Positions 1-14,331 of a DNA stretch of 64,000 nt are shown here, piece by piece. The number at the start of each line of letters is the position of its first letter. Position 1 is the first letter of the stretch. The position numbers were made by a program, and so were the translations under genes. The notes below the pieces were generated by a model. That model did not search any database and was not told the DNA's origin. It saw only the letters and a program-made list of their open reading frames with translations. Origin of the DNA: Asterionella formosa (taxonomy: Eukaryota); assembly GCA_002256025.1 (NCBI GenBank), contig NKIB01009067.1:1-64000 (forward strand). Reading direction: 5' to 3'.

Positions 1-525
1 TACCGTGTAATAATGGGACTGTTATTAGTGTGGCAAACGATGATGGGTTTTTTTTATGCTTGCTTTGGTACTCCGTACATACTCAATTAACTACGTTCTG
101 TTTCAAACTCGGCTCGGCCAGCATGTGAACATCGCTTCAAATGCGGGAAGATCCTTTACACGATTCTGGTACAAGGCACACGCTGATGTTCACGTATGTG
201 AGTAACAGTGGAGTAGTATCGGGTACCAGGTACCGTACGGTCAGTTCGAAGCATCCAATTATTCCAAAGAAGCAGGTCCCGCATCAGGCATCATGAACTG
301 CGTGAATGTGGTCAGACATGCATCGCTAGTATATGTTACGTGATAACTATTGGTACAGATGTATCTCTAGAATAGATGTACCAATGCTAGGCTAAAACAT
401 GACACCTAGCATGGACTCTTGACACCTAGTATTTGCCCTTCTCATCAAGACCCTTGTGAGTCCCCTTGGACTAGGAGCTAATATAGATACACTAATCATC
501 AAGCTCATAATTACCCAGAACCTAC

Positions 526-950
526 TTGTTGAATCCTGACAACCGTAGGGAAGATTTGACACACATTTTGGAAAACCAAGCACTGGTAACAAAGTTAATG
601 GACAATCCGAGAGAATACCATGCTGATGTTGACAGAAATTATTTATTGAAGCTTGGTATGGCACAAGCAATTGGCCTTCAAGGAGCTCCGGATCAGGCAT
701 TGCAAATGTACCAAGAAATGTTGCAACCTATCAAAGACAACAAACACAACATTTCAAACTCTAGACTATGCTAGAATGTATCCTTCATAGTGCCATGGAG
801 GAATCCAAGTATAAGAAAGGCAAGTACGGAGAAGCCATGACACGCTTGCAAAGGGCATGAACCAAGCAAGGATCCAGGAGGCAAAACTCATCTGGAGGCT
901 GGTCATTTACTCAAATTCATGTGGGCCTGTCAGGCACAATTAGGCAATCC
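526..950 (+). pseudogene. Degenerate TPR-repeat protein fragment
   Basis: TPR-like helices (MAQAIGLQGAPDQALQMYQEML; KGKYGEAMTRLQRA) are broken by stops and frameshifts. The fragment ends where repeat family A starts. Confidence 0.4.
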
Positions 951-958
951 AAGTGACA

Positions 959-3900
959 CGGCAATTCCCACTCCAGCTATTGTCTTGCCATTTGGGTACT
1001 TCTAAGTAATTTTTAGTCTCTAAGTAATTTCTTAAGTAATTTTTATTGAAGGGCAATATGGGGCACATCGAATTTTTCGGCAATAAAATTGCCGATTTTA
1101 GCATGAGCGCCAGAATAACGGTAATATGCATAGAGATGGTACAACAAGCGTAAAACATACGAGAATGATTGTAACATGCAACATCAATGAAAATTGAACA
1201 TGATGTTTGGAGCAACCAAAGTATGAAATGCGATGTAATAAATTGCATCAAATGAGAAAAAGAAAAAATTGTTTTGGGTTAGAAATGAAATGAAAAATTG
1301 GAGTTCCAATGGAGACATATGCATTATGAATCATTGTAGTACTTACACAGGCAACATTGACTTTCCATCACCGCACAATCGAAGACCGAAAGAAGAAGAA
1401 AAAAAGCTCAACCCAATTTAGATCTGCATCGTTATGTAGCCTAAATGGTCTTGTTGCTGAAACCATGCGTATCAATGTAGTAGCCTGACACCAGTAGCAG
1501 TATTTCTGCCACAGTCATTCCTCCGCCCACCAAACAAGCAACTCTGATCATTCCATTCTGAGCAAGTGTGATCGCCACGCTGCTCCAGCACTATTGACTC
1601 TCTCTAGCTGAGTATTCATGTAGCTTGTGATACGAACTCGTAGTAGAAATGTAGTAAAGCGCATTAGTACACGAAAAGTATTGCTTGGCGGCAATATTGA
1701 CATCGTAGTAAACAACGCACTATACAAATCAACTAATATGATCAACAACGGCACAATACCACATCTTCAATGAGAAGTCATTGATAAATGCATTGGTTCT
1801 TATGTAGATATATACAATCGAAACAAAACGACAGTGCGTAACGACAAACAACGATGGAAGCAATCAAGTCGGAAAGTCGATAAATACGATCTACAATCCA
1901 CATTCAGTGTTTCACTGTTCTTGTACTCACCGATCCACTCTAACAAGCGTAACACACAGCAGACTATCATGGGCTCAGTGTTTCACTGTTCTTGTACTCG
2001 CCGATCCGCTCTAACAAGGGTAACACACAGCAGACGATGGGCTCATAAGAAAGTCGAAAGTTTCTGTTGCAGGCCCAAATTGAGCAACGACAGGCAGGAT
2101 AGAGTGAGAATTATAGCTGTGAGGATGAAGTCGGGCAAACAGTACGTAAAATCAATGAATATGTGAACGATACAATTCAACATTCAGGTCTCGTAAAAAT
2201 AATACAGAGTCTACAGACATAATATTATAACTTGTTCAAAGTAAGCATTAAAGTATAGCTTAAACCAGGCATGGTTGTTTTTAGTACTACCACGTACGTA
2301 TGTAGACTAGATGACTGCCGGTACCGGTAGAATATCCGTTAAGCATCATTACATACATGACCGGAGCAAAACCTTGCCACCAACATCAGATGCATTGATA
2401 TCATTGTTTGTCCGACGAAATATGGACGATGCAACTACATGAATCCCTTGAGAAGACAAGCAATCCAACAACCAACTGCATCTGTTTGACAACAAATCGC
2501 TACTGGAGTCATCGCAGAACTGATTTCGCTTCAAACCGGTCATGATAGATGACAATCGGCATGGTGAAAGGTGAATTGCCGGATTCCCCTTTTCAGGAGA
2601 CAAAGAATAACGAGGTGAATTCTAGATATAAATCATTAAAATCTATATAGTAAATAAAATGGTTTCCTCAAGGTTGCGGTCCCGCAGTTACAAATTGCGA
2701 GTTCCATTTTTTCCCAAAATATTTTTATGATGAGTTGCATTTCAGTTGTACCGGACATAGGTCAGATATGAATAGGCTACATACAATATATTCCACATAC
2801 GAGTGTACCACAGGACGGAATCCATAATCCGTTCGTATGCCATACTTGATGTCGAAATCAACAGAACGACATCATAAATAATATTTAATATTTTTCATTT
2901 CTATCATATACATATATATATATTGTTCAAGGAGCATGGTGATATGGTACATAAAAGAAGAAGAAAAAAAGCTCAACCTAATTTAGACCTGCATTGTTAC
3001 GTCATGTAAATGGTCTGGTTGCTGCCATCATGCTCATTGCTGTAGTAGCCTGACACCAGTAGCAGTATTTCTGCCACAGTCATTCCTCCGCCCACCAAAC
3101 AAGCAACTCTGATCATTCCATTCTGAGCAAGTGTGATCGCCACGCTGCTCCAGCACTATTGACTCTCTCTAGCTGAGTATTCATGTAGCTTGTGATACGA
3201 ACTCGTAGTAGAAATGTAGTAAAGCGCAGTAGTACAAGAAAAGCATGATTGCTTGGCGGCAATATTGACACCATTGTCAACGACTATACAAATGAACAAT
3301 TACGATCAACAATGGCACAACCACATCTTCAATGAGTAGCATTGATAAATGCATTGGTTCTTATGTAGATATATACAATCGAAACAAAACGACAGTGCGT
3401 AACGACAAACAACGATGGAAGCGATCAAAACAAACCACGGAAGCAATCAAATCGGAAAGTCGATAAATACGATCTACAATCCACATTCAGTGATTCACCG
3501 TTGTACTTTCCGATCCGCTTCAACTAGCATAACAAGCAGCAGACGATGGGATCAAAGAAAGACGAACGTTGCCTATTGCAAGCCCGAATAGAGCAAAGGC
3601 GGCAGGCAAGATAGAGTGAGAACTATATTTGTGAGGACGAAATCGGGCAAACGGTACGTAAAATCAATGAATATGTGAACGATACAATTCAACATTCAGG
3701 TCTCGTAAAAATAATACAGAGTCTACAGACATAATATTATAATTTGTTCAAAGTAAGCGTTAAAGTATAGCTTAAACCAGGCATGGTTGTTTTTAGTACT
3801 ACCACGTACGTATGTAGGCTAGTAGATGACTGCCGGTACCGGTAGAATATCCGTTAAGCATCATTACATACATGACCGGAGCAAAACCTTGCCACCAACA

Positions 3901-4784
3901 TCAGATGCATTGATATCATCGTTTGTCCGACGAAATATGGACGATGCAACTACATGAATCCCTTGAGAAGACAAGCAATCCAACAACCAACTGCATCTGT
4001 TTGACAACAAATCGCTACTGGAGTCATCGCAGAACTGATTTCGCTTCAAACCGGTCATGATAGATGACAATCGGCATGGTGAAAGGTGAATTGCCGGATT
4101 CCCCTTTTCAGGAGACAAACAATAACGAGGTGAATTCTAAAAATCTATGTAGTTAATAAAATGGTTTCCTTAAGGTTGCGGTCCCGCAGTTACAAATTGC
4201 GAGTTTCATGTTCGTCCGACGAAAAATGGACGATGCGACTACATGAATGCCTCGAGAAGACAAGCAATCCAACAATCAACCGCATCGGTTAGGCAAAGAA
4301 TCGCTACTGGCGTCATCGCGGAACTGATTTCGCTTCAAACCGGTCATGATGGACGACGATTGGCATGGTGAAAGGTGAATTGCCGGAGTCCATTTTTCAG
4401 GAGACGATCGAAAGCGAGGTGAATCTAGATATAAAATATTTAAATCTGTATAGTATATAAAATGGTTTCCTTAAGTAGACCCCTTGCCGATTTCGGCAAT
4501 CCCAGGGCTGGAAAACCGAGGGGCAATTGGCGTCTGATGCCTTGCCAAAATGCAAACATATGAAAATACAAAATATATTTTAATGATGGGCAATATCGGA
4601 CCTTTGGCAATTTTCGAGGTGTAGATAGGAAATATACAAAATATATTTTATATGATGGGCAATAGTAGGCTGAAAATGACATGTATGCTAAATTTGTGGG
4701 CAGTAGTAGGTAAGCGAATGACGTGACGATAGCTAGAGCGGGAATTGCCTCAACAATACCTTTCTCGGCGGCTACTTGCCTCCG
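959..4784 (+). mobile_element. Non-autonomous element, family A, copy 1 (Helentron/Helitron2-like architecture)
   Basis: 25-bp inverted repeat at 960-984 vs 4725-4749 (22/25 match), followed by GC hairpin CGGCGGC-TACTT-GCCTCCG (4766-4784). Homologous copies at 25220-28660, 21973-22865 and 60300-60418. No coding capacity. Confidence 0.6.
1391..4470. repeat. ~1.5-kb tandem duplication inside family A, plus a partial third unit (~4210-4470)
   Basis: Units start AAGAAGAAGAAAAAAAGCTCAACC at ~1391 and ~2956. Near-identical 84-aa spurious ORFs at 2349-2603 and 3864-4118. Confidence 0.9.
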
Positions 4785-5622
4785 GCGCTGCAAGAAGGTC
4801 ACCCTACGAGTGCCATCCCAGTCAAGTACACATGTATGATATTGCAACAAACAAGACGGTACCACCACGGGCCAATGCCCCGACGGGTAGGGCAGACCGC
4901 GTACTGGTCAAGACCGGGGGGGCTGCACACAGGTTTTTAGTGAGTGAAAGTCTCACACTACCTCGCCCAGGTGAGAGGGGCAGGGTGCCTCACCGGACAC
5001 TAGGACATGATTGGATGATGGGGTGCCTCAAAAACATTCCTGAACACGTGAACTGGTGGGAGGAGTTCGAATCCTCCCATGATGCCCCCCAAGCACCCCA
5101 CATCGATGGGGCAGGCGGGCAAAAATTTTCTTCCTGGCGCCTTGGAACAGCCAAAAAAAATGAGGATACGGTACCAGGTAGGTAGCATGCATGTACCCGA
5201 GACTCTGAGTATACGGTCCTCGTACCTACCGGTATTTCAAGTACCGGTAGTGCTAAATGAGAGATTTAGCTTTTTTCTAAGTGAAATCCGTCTTTTGCCG
5301 CAACTCGGAACAAGGTCGTATGTAGCACAGCAGATCGAGTCTACCGGTATGATGTACTTGGTACCTGGTACCAGGTACCAGGTACTGTACCGATATGCAT
5401 GTGAAAACATGAGCTGCGAGCGATGCAATGTGAGCGATGATGCACAAGCAATAGCGCTAAAAAACAAAGATTATTCTTGTTCTATGTAGCTCCAAAAAAA
5501 AATCAAATTCTCAGGTAAATGCGAATCATTCGCAAATTACTTTGGCTCTCTTGCGTTCTCTACTCTCTGGTCTACCGCTTTCCTTCCTCTATCGCAGTGT
5601 TCCCTACCAAATTCGGTCTAGC

Positions 5623-7518
5623 ATGGCGCTTTCCCAATCTGTCCTTCATCGAGCCGAACAATGGGCAAAATGGGATCCAAACGAAACCACTGCAAACAAG
5701 CTCCAGGATATGTTACGTCGCGCAGACCCGGAACTAAAAGCGTTGTTTCCAGACAGCCGAATCGGATTTGGCACTGCGGGGTTACGATCGGAAATGAAGA
5801 TCGGTCCACTTGGTATGAATGATCTCGTCGTTGTTCAGACTGCTCAAGGGCTCGCAAAATACTGCCTCCTGCAGCATTCCACATCCACACCATTAGTCGT
5901 TATTGGATACGACCATCGAGCTAGACCAGAACTAAACATCTCGTCCTTATCATTTGCCATTCTATCGGCTATGGTGTTTAATCAAGCAGGAATGAAATGC
6001 GTTTTATTGGACGGCTTTGTTGCGACGCCCCTAGTTGCTTTTGCCACCACCAAACTCGAGGCTGCCCTCGGAATCATGATTACTGCATCGCACAATCCAA
6101 AAGATGATGCAGGATACAAGGTGTATTGGCGGGATGGAGTACAAATCAGACCGCCCGTTGACAAGGGAATGGCGTTGTCCATTCTACAAAACCTAGAGCC
6201 TTGGACGGACTACCGGGCGCTGATGCATCAGCGACGACGAGAATTTAAAGACTGCTGCTTAGGCCTGAGCACACAGAAGGATCAACTCGTAATGGATTAC
6301 TTTGACGCCATACAGGCATGTGGTCTTGTGAGTGGACAAGGCCAAACTGAATTTGTCGGTCGCGAGCCTCCAAAGTTTGCGTATACTGCCATGCATGGTG
6401 TCGGCACATGGTTTGCAACGCGCTCCTTTGAGTGCTTTGGCATTGCGCCCTTTCAGATTGTACCGACACAGTCACTTCCTGATCACACCTTCCCTACCGT
6501 TGCATTTCCAAATCCCGAAGAAAAGGGAGCACTTGACATTGCCAAAGCATTCGCCGAAGAAAACGAATGTGACATTGTACTTGCCAATGACCCTGACGCT
6601 GATCGACTGGCGCTCGCGGAACGTGATCGCGAAAGTGGTGAATGGACGGTCTTTACTGGAGATCAGATCGGTACGATGCTTGGGCACTGGCTTTGGAAGA
6701 CTCTCGGAGCGACGAGCGACAAGGTAAGGCATATCTGACCAAGTATACCTACCATTTTCAAAACACAACATGAACTCACTCTTCACACTATATTTTAGCC
6801 TGTTGCCATGTGTGCGTCAACTGTATCGTCGTCAATGCTAGCAGAAATTGCCAGAGTGGAAGGTTTCCACTTTGAAGACACTCTCACTGGGTTCAAATGG
6901 ATAGGAGCCAAGTCTTCGTGGCTCAATAATAATGGGTATCGAGCCATTTTTGGCTACGAAGAAGCCATCGGGTTTTGTTGTGGTGACGTTGTCTTTGATA
7001 AAGATGGAGTGAGCGCTTTAGGTGTCATTGCGGAGCTTGCGTGCTGCGTGTACCGACGGGGTCACTCCATGATCCAGCATATGCAGAGCCTGTACAACAC
7101 CTACGGGGAATTTGTCTGCAACAACGGATACTACTTTTTAACAGACGGTACTGTAGTATTGAAAATTTTGGACGACATACGAAAAGGTGGAAGTTATGTT
7201 TCTAGAGTTGGCAAATATGATGTTGAGTCTATTCGTGACCTCGGCGAGCCAGGATATGACTCTACCACTGTGGACAAGAAACCTAGATTGCCAACTTCCA
7301 GTAGTTCGCCCATGATGACATTGAGATTTAAAAATGGATGTGTCGCTCAGTTCCGAGCAAGTGGTACCGAACCCAAGTTCAAGTATTACATTGAAATGCG
7401 TGGAAAACCTGGGGTATCTAGAGCGGAAGTGACAAAGGAGTTGATGGTCATGTCCGATGTGATTCTCGAGGAACTTCTGAAGCCCAGCGAGAACGGCCTT
7501 TGGATCCGTTCCAAGTGA
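5623..7518 (+). CDS. PGM2: Phosphoglucomutase-2 / phosphopentomutase-like alpha-D-phosphohexomutase; exons 5623-6723, 6799-7518
   Basis: Motifs FGTAGLR, ITASHNP (catalytic Ser), DPDADR (metal binding), GYEEAIG and RASGTEPK. GT-AG intron 6724-6798 joins the frames. Confidence 0.93.
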
Positions 7519-7798
7519 AACAATGAATGATGTAGAGCTTCTACTTGCCATAATACTATAGAGCGATAGCAATAGAATGTTGACAACCATCAATGCTAAG
7601 AAGTAGTCGTAGTAGCAATGAACGCTAGCGATGTTCCTGAGTCTTGATCTCAAACAAGTCAATGTGCTACATGAAAAATGATTCACCCGGACTATGCGAT
7701 CTCTCGATCCGTTTGTGGGTGAATAAAAAAAAGGAATTCGTCTATAATGTGGATGGACAAAAGAACACAAACATTTTATAGAAGAAAACGTTAAGACT

Positions 7799-8731
<933 letters not shown>

Positions 8732-9282
8732 TTTGATAGAGATTGAATTAATGGAATTTTTTCAAAAGTGAAAATGTAACGATTTGGATGCCTGCTGTTT
8801 GTTTGTCCTGGGCAATGCCGCTGCGCAATTGTTGCGCAACGCGAGGATGTCGGTCGTTTTGGTGTGTGCAGGTCTGTATCCATGGGTGTGGCGTGCGTGC
8901 GCGCTTGGGAGGCAGGTGGGCGTTCACGTGGGAGGGCACCACCCCTCATCAAGTCTTGAGAACACGATCTGTCGACGAGCGAGGTGACGCGTTTTTGTTT
9001 GTGCATAAAAATTATATAGCTACTATCCGATGATACCTATTTCTACCTACCATAATTTAAGAGTGTGTACTGTACAGCTTCTATGTAGGTCGATCAAGGC
9101 AAGCAAAGGACCGGTATATATATGTGCGCCATGTTGACAATGATTGACATACACTGTACATATGTACGAATGCATCATTATTACCGTCATACATAAAAAT
9201 GTTTTCAAATCATGTACGTAGACTTACAAGCATCGCTGTAGTTTATCCCCTATTAGGTACCTTTACGGTACCAGGTACAGTA

Positions 9283-10809
9283 CCGTAATTGGTAAAATTA
9301 AACCCAAGTTGTATTTTCCTGTAGGCCTCTGATATGTGTCTACTGGGTCATTTTAATACTGGCACGGTATTGATCTGAAAATACTAGTGGAAGCACCGTC
9401 TTAAAAAAGTATTTGCCAGTAGAAAAATTAAACCCGGTTTAACTGGGCGTTTAACTTTTTGGTTTAAATAAACCATAACTGTACGCACGATCATCGTAGG
9501 AATATACACTGTACGAGTACATAAAATTAGCTATTACACTGTACTGGTACCACCTGGTACCTGGTACCGGTCGTACACACAAATTAAACCCCATCCTCAT
9601 TCATGTACTTGTACCATTTGGTACCTGTTACCTGGTACTCGGTATTTCGGTATGCAGCAGCGGTAAGGAGAGGAAGGTGTGACTGATGGGACACCAACAG
9701 CAGGTGAAGGAGGGAAGTATGAGCTGCCAGTTTGTTTTTGGAACTATATACTTGGGTTGTACTCCCAGCAGATCGAGATGCAATGTCACCTAGTTTTGAA
9801 ACTAAGGTGGATGACATCAGGCAGTCGACTCTTGTCTTGAAGGAGTTTTGACTCCTGACTACTAGTTATTGGTGGTAGCAGGAGTGACAAGTATGCAGAA
9901 TGATGATTGAGAGTCCAGAAATGCCTCAAATGTGGTGTTTGAAGAAGTTTTCAACAATTAACAAGTTGATGAACCAACAGAAATGATGCAGGATGCGTGT
10001 CAAAGAGGTAGGAGGGAGGAAGCAATTCTGTCAGTATTGTAGTCTTTCCGTTACACCAAAAACTATTTGTTCTTTGGTAGGAATGCAAAAAGTTGGAATT
10101 AGGTTCGTAAGGTGGCTGAAAATTTTACAAGGGTTGAGCAGGATATAGTAAGAATGGTAGAGTATTGTTGCTTGGCAAAGCGTTGTGTGGGATATGATGA
10201 CTGCCCTACTTTGAGCTGTGTCCTTTTCACTGCCACATTGCAAATTGACAAAATATATGAGGTATATATTCCAGATAGAACAATGCCACAGATTAGATTG
10301 CCAATCAATTGATATCTGCTGATCATCATGCTGGTGGTCATACACAGCTAGTATGTATTTAGGCTATTATTACACAGATGCATGATTTCATACTAATGTA
10401 GCTACATTACTTTTTTCACTATTTTTCATTAGCTATACTATAGTATTGATTGTTTTCACTTCATTTCGGGTATATGTATATTAGACATATACACACCTAC
10501 CAATATAGACTTGGTCCTTTATTTACTGTAATATAGTGCTATAGTATATGTACTCGTGGTGACTCCATATTAAGTACCAGGTACTCTAAATACATAAAAT
10601 GGTCTATTCCCGCATACACGTACCCTGGTACGGTACCTGTACCCTGGTAACCAGTCATTTGCTGGCGCCGGTACCAGTACTAGGTACTGGCACCTGGTAC
10701 CAGAACCGGTATTGTTGCTAGCTTTGTGCACTGTACTCTAGTACTAGTAAACTACTAGTGCTAGCTTCGACTACGGGTTTAACTGGGAGTTTAATTTTTT
10801 ACGACTACG
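9283..10809. mobile_element. Degenerate TIR element (pogo/Tc1-mariner-like ends)
   Basis: Left end TA|CCGTAATTGGTAAAATTAAACCC resembles the reverse complement of the right end (CGTAGTCGTAAAAAATTAAACTCCC). The AAATTAAACCC motif is reiterated at ~9425 and ~9581. Confidence 0.35.
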
Positions 10810-10987
10810 TTCCCGGTATGTGGTTGCGGATAGTTTTTACCACACCAGGCAAGAAACTAATTTACTTGCACCTATGTGTACTGTACATATAAAAACGTGA
10901 ATATTGTCCATGTAAAATAAGATATGTACTGCGCCGGTAGACGTGATGATGGCATTGTTGGGTGAATGATAGCATGATGTTGATGTG

Positions 10988-11370
10988 TGTTAAAAGGTCT
11001 CGTACTCCTTCCTGTCTGACAGGTTTCCTCTAACGTAGGACTTACCTGTTGTACCACTAGTATTGTTATCTTCTTCCTGCTGCTAGCCTTCGAGCCAGTT
11101 TTCGCTATTGACCTTACTCTGTCAATTCTCACTGTTTCTTAATTACAAGCTTAAATTAAAACTAAGTTTCAATCCCATTCATCACACTTCGAGAACCTGT
11201 TCTTCGTGTTCCCTTTTCGTTGATGTAAACCTTCTTCTGATTGATCTAAGACATCAATCTTATTAGCAAGAAGCTTCTTGACTTGGCAACGCACCATTTG
11301 ATTCATTGGACTATAGTCGAGTCCACAGTCCTTGTGACTCATTATAGCCATTGATACTATATTCTTGACA
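10988..11370 (-). repeat. Copia 3' LTR
   Basis: Direct repeat of 13242-13627, preceded on the minus strand by the PPT. Confidence 0.92.
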
Positions 11371-13241
11371 TCCTCCTCATTACCATGTTCAAGAAGTTCT
11401 AAAATTGTCTGCTCAGTACAGGTCCAGATAACCTTGTAAAAATCTGCTCTTTGACATTCTTCGTCAAACTGTCTGCTGGATTGTTTTCTGATCTTGTTAG
11501 AAAAACAATATGCAACTCACCCTCATCCATCATGTTTTTGACATTATGAAACTTAATATCAATATGTTTTTTCTTGTTCCGAGCTGTTGATTCTTCGCTG
11601 TGAATATTGCACCTGTATTATCCTCACGTAAAATGCTTGGCAGGATCATATTTTTATCACCTGTCACTTCGATGAGTAACATTGCAATAAATTTGATCTC
11701 TTGAGCACATTGCGACATCGCAACATATTCTGCTTCTGTGCTTGACAGCGTAACGGATGAATGGCCCTTTGATTGCCAACTGATCAACGCACCACCAATC
11801 AATGGTAACCAGGAAACCCGTAGTACTTTTCCGGCTTACCTTCGCTATTAGTGACCCAGTCACTATCAACATAAGCAATAACCCGTAATTCCTTAGGTTC
11901 TCGAATCTTGAGAACTCTGTCCAATTTGCTTGATAAGAATCCAAAAACTCGTGAAACTCCATCCCAGTGCTGTTCTTTGCCTGGACAGCTTAAGAAATAC
12001 AAAGATAATTCACATACTGCATTGGCACACCAGTCCAGGGAATCTTTCTTAGTAGACCATAATAATTTCCCAACAATCTTGTGATATTCCGCCTCCATAA
12101 TAGTTTCTCCATTATTGGCTCCTAACGTTTTTCCTGGTGCTCCTGGTGTCACACAAGACTTTATCTTCTTACCAGTAAGCATCTCATATTCCAGTAGCAT
12201 TTCAGTACGAAATTTATTCAGCTGTACTTCCCAGTATTCTTCAAATTTTTCGTGCTTGCATATGTATTCCACACCTAAGTGTTTTTGTTGGGGACCTTGT
12301 TCTGTGATATTAAAATCTTCCTTGATCATATTTTTCATGTAGTTGACTGAATTCCTGGTACCACATATAATTCCATCATCCACGTATTTGCCAATAGCCC
12401 TTCAATTTGTCCATCATTGTTACGGTAGATAAACAACATTGGGTCTATTTCGCTTTTCGTTATGCCTGTCTTGCTGGTGACACATTTCGCAAATGTCTTG
12501 GACCAGCATCTTGGAGCTTGTACGATTCCATACATAGCCTTAATTAGTTTGCAGATATGTGTATTCTGGTCAATCCCTGTCAATCCTTCTGGGGGCTCAA
12601 TATAAATGTCTTCGTCGATGTCAGCATTTAAAAATGCTGTTTCAACGTCGATTGCTTCTGCTATCCAACCGTAGTACATAGTAACAGCCAGTACGGTTTT
12701 TATTGTAGCATCACTTGCAACAGGAGCAAATGTCTCAATAGAATCAACTCCTGGGATCTGTTCATATCCCTATACAACCAACCGTGCCTAGTATACTGTC
12801 TTGCCTGTTAGTATCACGTCTTGTCTTATGAGCTTGCTTGTTCATGTCATTTCTCTTAACAATTTTCTACACTCCTCTTGCTTGGAAGTTTTCAAATTCT
12901 TTTTCTATAGCTTTCATCCACTCTTTGCGATCAGGTCTTGCCATCGCCTCATCATAACTATTTGGTAAACCCTGCGTCTTCCTTTGGATGTGTTTCTCAT
13001 CGGCATCCGACAACACAATCATATCGCCCTTTAGGTCTTTCTCTCCTCTACTAGGTAGTTCGTCACTATTAAGTATTCCTTGAAAGTTCTTGTAGCACGC
13101 GTATGCGAAAAAATTCGCTTTCCACATGTGCCATTTAGCAGCTTGCCCATTGAACGTTGGCAAGCAACCTCACTGACTTGTCTTTGTCACTTCCCATCAT
13201 TCCTGAGTAGCCTGTGGCCTTCAAAGCTCTGCTTTAAAGTG

Positions 13242-13627
13242 TGTTAAAAGGTCTCGTACTCCTTCCCTTCTGACTGTTTTCCTCTTACGTAGGACTTACC
13301 TGTTGTACCACTAGTATTTTTATCTTCTTTCTGCTGCTACTAGCCTTCATGCCAGTTTTTGCTATTGACCTTACTCTGTCAATTCTCACTGTTGCTTAAT
13401 TATAAGCTTAAACCAAAACTAAGTTTCAATCCCATTCATCGCACTTCGAGAACCTGTTCTTCGTGTTACCTTTTCGTTGATGTAAAAAACCTTCTTCTAA
13501 TTGATCTAAGACATCAATCTTGTTAGCAAGCTCCTTGACATGGGAACGCACCATTTGATTCATTGGACTATAGTCGAGTCCACAGTCCTTGAGACTCATT
13601 TTAGCCATTGATGCTATATTCTTGACA
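13242..13627 (-). repeat. Copia 5' LTR
   Basis: Direct repeat of 10988-11370; begins TGTCAAG on the minus strand. Confidence 0.92.
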
Positions 13628-13841
13628 GATGTGTTCATTCATATACAGGTACCAGGTACCAGGTACCGGAAAACATTCGTTCACTCAAAATTGACGAAAC
13701 ACACCGTCGCGAGTCATCATGGACCATGCCGGTAAACTGACTATTACTAGGACTACTACATGGAGGAGTAATCTTGTCGCTTCCGCTACCGGTACTCAAA
13801 CATGTCCAATAGTAATAAAAGCGCAAGAAAAAGTTACAACT

Positions 13842-14180
13842 ATGCAAAGGTCGGATGTACTACACGCAAACACGCCGCCTTTCCGATTATTTGCTTCGCC
13901 ACAATCATCCCTGTCCGTTGTCAACTGTCAAGGAACGCAGCAGAACAACAACAAAAACGACTACTTTAGTAGAAATGATGGCTCATGTGATGCATGCTTG
14001 TATACCGGCGTTGCTACATGTGTTGGACTGACCTGTTATATGTGGAAAATGGCGCTCTTGGATCTCCCAGAAAAGGGTAGTATGCAATTTACAAAGCAAG
14101 TACGGAACCAAAAGACATTTCTGTTACTGTTTGGAGGAGGATGGGCTGCTGCAGGGATCTATCGTATATATCTGGGATAA
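13842..14180 (+). CDS. Small membrane protein with CxxC and two hydrophobic helices (DUF4536/DMAC1-like); start uncertain
   Basis: SCDACLYTGVATCVGLTCYM...FLLLFGGGWAAAGIYRIYLG pattern; convergent with DPY-30. Confidence 0.5.
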   Translation: MQRSDVLHANTPPFRLFASPQSSLSVVNCQGTQQNNNKNDYFSRNDGSCDACLYTGVATCVGLTCYMWKMALLDLPEKGSMQFTKQVRNQKTFLLLFGGGWAAAGIYRIYLG

Positions 14181-14331
14181 GTGAGACAAGATTTGTCATC
14201 TTGTTCATTACTATTATGAGCACCAAGGTTGCAGACATGTGCTCGTTTTTAATAATTTATTTAATATTGAGTTTTCTTTTCACGTCTTCCTTAAACACGC
14301 ATCGATTCCCCCTATCAATTCGCTAGAGAGT

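Larger units (their letters stand above)
10988..13627 (-). mobile_element. Ty1/Copia LTR retrotransposon, internally deleted and frameshifted
   Basis: Two ~385-bp TG..CA LTRs; PPT GAGGAGGA; flanking GATGTG duplication. Gag N-terminus, RT (DVETAFLN, AMYGIVQAPR, YVDD) and RNase H (YVDSDW, SSTEAEYVA, EDNTGA). Confidence 0.94.
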
